Shown here piece after piece: positions 57,401 to 64,000 of a DNA stretch of 64,000 nt. How positions within the stretch are numbered: the stretch's first letter is position 1; the number at the start of each line of letters is the position of its first letter. The DNA comes from Daphnia carinata (Eukaryota), in NCBI RefSeq assembly GCF_022539665.2, contig NC_081333.1, positions 9,300,001-9,364,000 of the forward strand. The letters run 5' to 3'. Made by a program: the position numbers and the translations under genes. Below the pieces are notes generated by a model. That model ran no database searches. It was not told the DNA's origin and saw only the letters and a list, made by a program, of their open reading frames with translations.

Positions 57401-59918
57401 TCCATTACGAAGCATATCATAATATACGATGGGCGGGGGAGTCTTTGGAACGATTTTCAAGGTGACGTCATTTGGCGTAGCGTAGCGTAAACGTACCGTG
57501 AAATGAGGAAAAGTTCTTTCTTTTTTATTTTGTTGAATAGCTTTAAAAAAAAAAGGAGTCTGTTATGGGCACTTTCACGACGTTTTACCCTTCGCTGAAT
57601 CTTTTTTCAATGAAATTTTTGAGGAATGACGTCACGTCTGCACGTTAGGCATCCAGTATTCAAGGTCTGTAATAACACCAGGCGCCATGTTTGAAGCAAA
57701 AAACAAAAATTATAATTATTTATTATTATCTAGAAAAAAAAAAATGAAATAGAGTCACGAAATATGATGAAGGAAAATAATGCTAGTTATTGCGCAAGAG
57801 CCTCATAGGCATACAACGCAGAGTTCAGTAGCTCAAACCTGCCGCAAGGAGATTTCTCTTCGAAACCAATTGTTTTCTCGTGATTCTTTGAACTTAACAA
57901 GCCTACCAAAGCCAGTTTGACCCTAATAATGTTTTAAAAAAAACGTTGCTTCTTCTTCCCGCATTTGCCTGTGTAAAGAATACAACGGCAAACGATCATG
58001 GTGAGATTCATCAGTGAGCTGCCGGATTTTTTAATTTAAATTGTTTATCACCAAACAAAATCCGACCGTTATTTTTGTCCGTATTTTTTTTTTCTTGCCA
58101 TTTTATATTATTTTCAATCCAGTAAAAAAAAAAAATATTTTAAAAAAGGGGACAAACAAAATGTGCATCCGGGCGGTTCCTATGTCGTGGTTTCGTAGCG
58201 CGTTTATGTACCTGTCGGCCATGAATAATCTAGAAGAAACAAAAGAATAATCCAAATGAACCGGATAACCCCCCTGACAAAAACCTGTTTTCCTTTTTTT
58301 TTTTTTTCCCTTCTTTGAAATCCATTCCCCACCCACCATATTTCTCCCTTTTTGCCTCAATGGCATGTGATGGTAGATGGGACAGGGCCGACATGAACAT
58401 TTGTTTCGGACACACTCTTCCTTATTTTTTGTTATTTTTATTTTTTTTTAAGTCACTCAAAAAAAGTTGAAGAGCGAAAAAGATAACCCGAATGTCCGGT
58501 TGAAATCAACGTTTGAAAATGACCGACTTCCGTTTTGGCTTGCGGACAAACTGCTGTGCAACGTTTGCGGCCATACTTGATTATATACACACAAAACCTT
58601 GGAACCAATTTATTTTATTTGAATAGAGACACACAAAGGCGTACTTCCTTTCTCCCCCCCCCTCTCTTCGATGGCTGTTCAGAATAAAAAAAAAAAAAAG
58701 GGAAATGAAATTGTAGGAAATGAGACAAGGCCACTTTTGGCATTTAATTGCTGGGTTTTCTTATACTGCATCCCGCCCATCAGCGTTTTTCTAGAAAAAA
58801 AAACAACAAACCCAAGCCAAAAAAAAAGTTTTGGATGGTTTTATTGTTTCCTCCCTTTTTTTTTTCTTTCTCGCGTTTTGAAAAAAAAAAAAGAATTTGC
58901 GGGGATTTTAACAAGATTACAATCAACCACAGCAAAAAAAAAAAAAATGCTGATGCAGAACTCGCGTAGTTCATTGAACGAATTAGATCCACCTCAACTT
59001 GCACCGCATATAAGCACGCCATCACGAAGCCGGCCACACTTGTGATAATAATAATTTAGGAAAAGACTGGACTACGCGTTAACTCTATCAACAAAAAAAT
59101 GGTGGGAAAATGTGTCGAACAATTCGAAAGAAATTAAAATGTAAGCAACAAGAAATTTATCATTTCTAGCTTAAAAAAAAAAAAGAAACGAGAAAAAAAA
59201 ATATGGTGATTAGAGCCGTGCAGTGCGTTGGGTTTCAACGCGTCACGAATATTCGTTTGGATACGCTTCGCCTGTTTCTTTCGTCGCCATCACATCATCA
59301 CGATCAATCAATTAAACTTTTTTCTTTCTTTCTTATTTCTTTTTTCCTTTTTGTTGTATAGGTAGAATGAAATTCTATTCGGGACCGTGAGTAAGCGTGC
59401 CATTTATATCGTCCCTTTTCTTTCTTCAACCAATCAGAAAAAGAAAAAGAATTCCAAGAGAATTTATTTTAGAAAAAAAAAAAAAAGAAGTTGTTGACCT
59501 TCTTTGACACAAGCGAAATGACTGCGTCCTTTTTTGTTATAAAGAAAAAAAAAAACAGATAGACATTTAAGATTTAAAAAGAAAAAGGGACGCGAAAATA
59601 TGATTCGTTTTGTTGGTTCAACGGTACATCTCAGGTGGTGTACCATCGTGGCTGTGTTTTCGTGTCACGAGGGCGAGCGGGACACTCGATGCGCATCATC
59701 ATATTCATGAGAGAGAGAGAGACGCGCATTTCTTTGGTGACCAATCGCCTCTAGTTCGGTCCGAATGTAAACCGGTACTCGCCATTAGAGGAGTAGTTAA
59801 ATAAATACGACTATTTTTGACTCTGAGAAAACAGAAGAAGAAAAATTTAAAGATGGCCCCGTCTTTGATTTGGAAAAATATATGTTTCTCTCGGTCTATC
59901 CATCTCTCTCACACTCAC

Positions 59919-60001
59919 CTGTTGCCGTGTGCGACTTGAGCCGGCTCACTAACTCCGCCCTTCAACCGTGATCTTGTATACACGCGCTCCCGCTGGTAGT
60001 C
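59919..60001 (-). other. Candidate 83-nt upstream exon, probably of the NDRG transcription unit
   Basis: Acceptor CATAG|G and consensus donor CAG|GTGAGT; GC-rich. Only the phase 0->2 frame is open (DYQRERVYTRSRLKGGVSEPAQVAHGN). Confidence 0.5.
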
Positions 60002-63000
60002 CTATGCACAGGCAAACCCGGAAGAATAAAAAAAATATAAATATATAATTCAACACTCGGGGCATACACGTCCCGAAACGAAGAAAAACTCTTCAAAGTT
60101 CATTATACTTTTTCTCTTCTTTTTATTATAAATATTCGGTAGATATATTAACATCTCCTCTCGTATAAATAGACATCTTCTCCTATTTTGGCGTTGACTT
60201 TCACAACCGAGCAGCGGTAGCTTTTAATGATGAAATCTCCAATTTTCGTTTTTCCTTTTTATTTCTTTAAAAACTGTGGGGGTTTTTTGGGCTCGCGCGT
60301 TTCTTTTCAGCCTCCCCGCTATAACATCACGCTGCGTGTGTTGGTTTTCACGCGTGTACCGAACCCTACTTCAACCTCCTTTTTTTTTTTCAAAATGAAT
60401 TCAACCTTTTTCGCCTGCCATTTTTTTTTTTTTCAAACAGTTTCATTCCATTTTGAAAAGGTCCTTTTTAAATTCTATTCTCTAGGCTATATATTCGATA
60501 CGCGTACGAATACAGACAGAATCACATGCCCCCCCCCCCCTCATTTCACGTTGTGACGCATCACATTTTACCACTGTCGTGAGGCGGCATTCATCCGTGT
60601 TCTTTTGGTCATCGTTCGATCGGCCAAGCTTGAAAATGTACACACATTTTTCCTCTTTGCCCGACCTATAAATAAAAGCCGCTCCTTCGTTTTCTCTTTG
60701 ATTGTTAACACAAAAATAAATATGGACAATGAGAGACGCCTCTGATCGTGTCCAACGAATTCTTATCGCTTTAAAGAATAGACGAAAACAACTTTCATGT
60801 CCACCTTCTGCGTGATGGTCAAAGCGTGCCGTTCACACACTTTGAAGTTTCTGTAACAAAAACGTCTAAATTATTGTTGTTGTTTCCCAGATGAGTGCGG
60901 TTCGCCAAAAAAAATGGCCATCTAAATAGTACGTGTGCGTCGGTAGAATGTTCCAGCGCATAACGTTTAGGAATTTTTCCCGTGGCTTGTAGACATGTCG
61001 ATTTTTACCCGAACGAGTGGAACAGTTTTTTTTTATTTAAAGGAAAAGACAGAGAGATGCTGGAACTATTTTGTGCAGTCGGTTCACGTCAGGGGGATGA
61101 ATACTGCACGTCATAGAGGAAAACCTTGTAGGGTATAAAGCAAGGGCATCACCAGAAAAAAAAAGAAACGTGACTTAACTTGCTGAAGAACTTCTTTTGT
61201 TTTTTTTTTAAATTAAAATTTTTTTTTTCTAAGGGACGGTTGTAATGCGCGCTGTTTTAAAAATAAATTTTCTAGTTTTTTTTCTTCTACCTTTTGTTCC
61301 ATGCCCGGCCTAATCGTCCCGACAGTCCTCATTTGGTTTGCAGTTATAATGGTACATCCACTACTAGCTCGCCTTAATTACTCGTAGAAAAAAGACAAAC
61401 GCGCAACGGCCCAAAAAAAGAAAACGCACGATTTTTTTTGCCCCGTTGCGTCGGAGATATTCAAAAATGGAAAAGATTTCGAATAATTTTTCGCTCCCCC
61501 TATTTTTTTTTTATTTTTTTTTTCTTCTCAAGGAAGCTCACGATTCTTCACTTTACTTCTCTTTTGTTTATTCCTTATAGTTGCACCAGAGTTTCTTTCT
61601 ACCTTTCGGGGGCGCTTCAATCCGTGTCGTGTCAAACCCCAAAAAGAAAAAAAAAGAACACGCCAAAGTTCATCATCATTATATCGTCTATTAAAAATGT
61701 CGATGTGGGTCATTCTTTCAGGCAGAGAAAATACAAAATAAAAATAGGCCGAGCTGATGCAAATGAATAAAGGATACATTTACATTCGTTCGGCACGAAT
61801 CGTGAGCCTATTCACGTTCAACCCGATGGGAATGCATAGTAGCATCTCGTCTTACTTCTCTTTTTTTTTTTCTTCCCAAAATTCAAACGATAGATTGAAG
61901 CAGCATTTCTCTAGACATTCCATAAAGAGCCGATGTTTGAACTGACTGTGGCCCATGAAAACGTTGCCGTCGCCGCTTCGTCTGGAACTTTTTAACAACA
62001 AGAAAAAAAGAAAAAGAAAGACGGATGGTGGCGATGACTCATGTGGCTTGGCAGAGAGCCACACTATTTCGTCTATATGGTCATGTGTCTGCGTGTGTAC
62101 AAGTTGATGGGTTCCTTTTTTTTTTTTCTTTTTCAAATGCACCGGCATTTGCATCGACCGCTATATTTCCCCCGCTCGCATCTGACTATTTTCGTTCACC
62201 TCTTGCCAGTGTGTTTGCATCAACGAACGAAACAAAACATGCCCGCAGAGGACCAAATAGAACACAAAATATTAAAAAGAATAAAACCCTTTCAAAAAAA
62301 AAAAAGATGTGGATAAAAACGGGAAAGAGACTGCGGTTATAGGTTACAATGATCGGGAGCGGTCGCGCGCACGCGCAATGTTCTTCTTTCCTCATTTTGA
62401 AAAAAAAAAAAGGAAGAAATAGCGGGCTTACATAAATTTTCGTGCTATGAGATATAGGCGTGTCTGTTATTATCCAACCCACCGGTGTGGTGGCCTGAAA
62501 CGAAACACACACACCACCCCCCCCCCTCCAGAAAGAAGTAACTGTATGGTACATTTACAACCCTGCGAGATGATGAAACACCGCTGCCAGGTATTTCTTG
62601 CAGCAGCCCCCCCACCAGGTGAAGCCAAGAGATCGTGTGACGCAGTGGCCCGCAAAAAGCCATCATCAGCTGTTGATCTTCTTTTGCTTTTTTTTTTTTT
62701 CATGTTACACTTGTACATGTACAACTTGAATTCATGATTCTTTTCTTCTCGACGCCAATTCGGCGAAGTCGACTTGTTATACGCTTTTATGCTAATCGCA
62801 GTTCGTCTTATTTTTTTGTGAAGCGTTTATTCGAAGTTTTTCCACGTTATTTCGTCCAGTCTTTTATTTTTTGACCATAAGAGTACCGCAATGGTTATTA
62901 GGACTGCTGCTGTTAGAGCCTTTATTCGTTTTTGCCTCTTTTGTTTTTAAAAAAAAAAAAAAAACCTAAAAATGTTTAATTTATTTTGTGTTTCGTGTGC

Positions 63001-63721
63001 GCACGAAGAGAAATTAAACATTCTCTTTCGTTTGAACGACCTTTAGTTGTTCAGGAAAAAAAAAATTTCATCGCCTCGGCATCCGCCCTTTTGAAATAAA
63101 ATTTCATTTTCTTCCAAAAGAGCAAACGAAAATAAAAACGAAAACCTATTAAATAGCCACACACTTTCTTTTGGCGTGTCTTGTTCAACACAAGCCTTGC
63201 CATTTCCAAAAAATGTCTATCCATTTTTTTTGTTGGTTTCTTCTCTTTTATCCAAACACACATTTCGATTGGTAAAAAGCGAAAGGAAAAAATCATATTT
63301 CGTTTTACAAGCGTGAGAACGCATTTCCTTCCCTTATGCGTCACACAGTTTTCCACTGTCCCTCTCATCGGCATTATTCATAAATCAAAAAGAACGAGAA
63401 GTTTGAAAAAAACCCTCATCTTTTCCTCAATCGTCGCTCTATCAACTGCGTTTTTCCCCCTACCATTGTGACGTGAGGTCATCACTCGAATTGCATATTT
63501 ACGCTGTACCCCCGCTTCTAATACGACTCCAACTCTCGTATATAAACATTTGCGTGCACGCACTAATGACAGATTACTCTTTTGTTACCGACTTTCTACA
63601 GGGCCTCTCTCTCGCCCACACACACCCGTCTTATTGTTTAAAAACAATTCCACTCGGACAACCCCATTGTCTTCTCTAAAAAAAAAAAAAAAAAAAAATT
63701 CCTCCTTGATTTTTTACACAC

Positions 63722-63812
63722 CTGGGATTGACGTCGTCGATTCTGCCTGTTTGAAACGCCGTCATGGAAACGGCCGCTAATGCCGGAGCTGGCGGAGCAG
63801 CTGTAGCTCCGC
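63722..63812 (-). other. Candidate 91-nt upstream exon (strand ambiguous, see findings)
   Basis: Branch-like CTAAC then CTAG acceptor, CAG|GTGTGT donor; GC-rich island with two open frames. Confidence 0.4.
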
Positions 63813-64000
63813 CTAGATTGGCGCCAGTTAGCGGCGTCCTCAGCCAGGTAAAAAAAAAAAGAACGTTTAAAATATCTTTATATTCAAGTGACTGTGTTAG
63901 TGGAAAAATCAATCAAACATTTCCTTGGATCCTCCGAATTTTGTTAGACACGAAAATGAAATTGTAAAAAATGCATTTTGAAAAAAAAAAAAATATTTTC

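Noticed and set aside
34300..63700. Numerous 60-190 aa ORFs rich in Lys or Phe runs
   Set aside because: Produced by homopolymer tracts; no recognisable domains or consistent splice structure.

Overview
Eukaryotic, intron-containing invertebrate genomic DNA. The 60-80 nt introns, compact gene spacing and long poly-A/poly-T runs suggest a Daphnia-like crustacean (inference). The first 25.5 kb is gene-dense: the 3' part of MEGF8 (+), an OATP/SLCO organic anion transporter (-), GCLC (-), eIF5 (+, long spliced leader with poor-context uAUGs) and kinesin light chain (+, alternative C-terminal exons). A 321-bp palindrome-containing tandem repeat (~26.0-27.6 kb) separates KLC from a minus-strand NDRG-family gene (MESK2/ZK1073.1 type), whose introns appear to fill the rest of the window. 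The most interesting signal is in the NDRG gene. A distant 72-nt exon (46475-46546) holds an NDRG start codon but is fully open only in the -1 frame. That frame stays open across four exons, giving an overlapping second protein (...IKRRFPPVEEDD...CRSSVNG*). Candidate micro/cassette exons could switch output between the two proteins. All exon structures were inferred by eye from splice signals and reading-frame continuity; no database searches were run.
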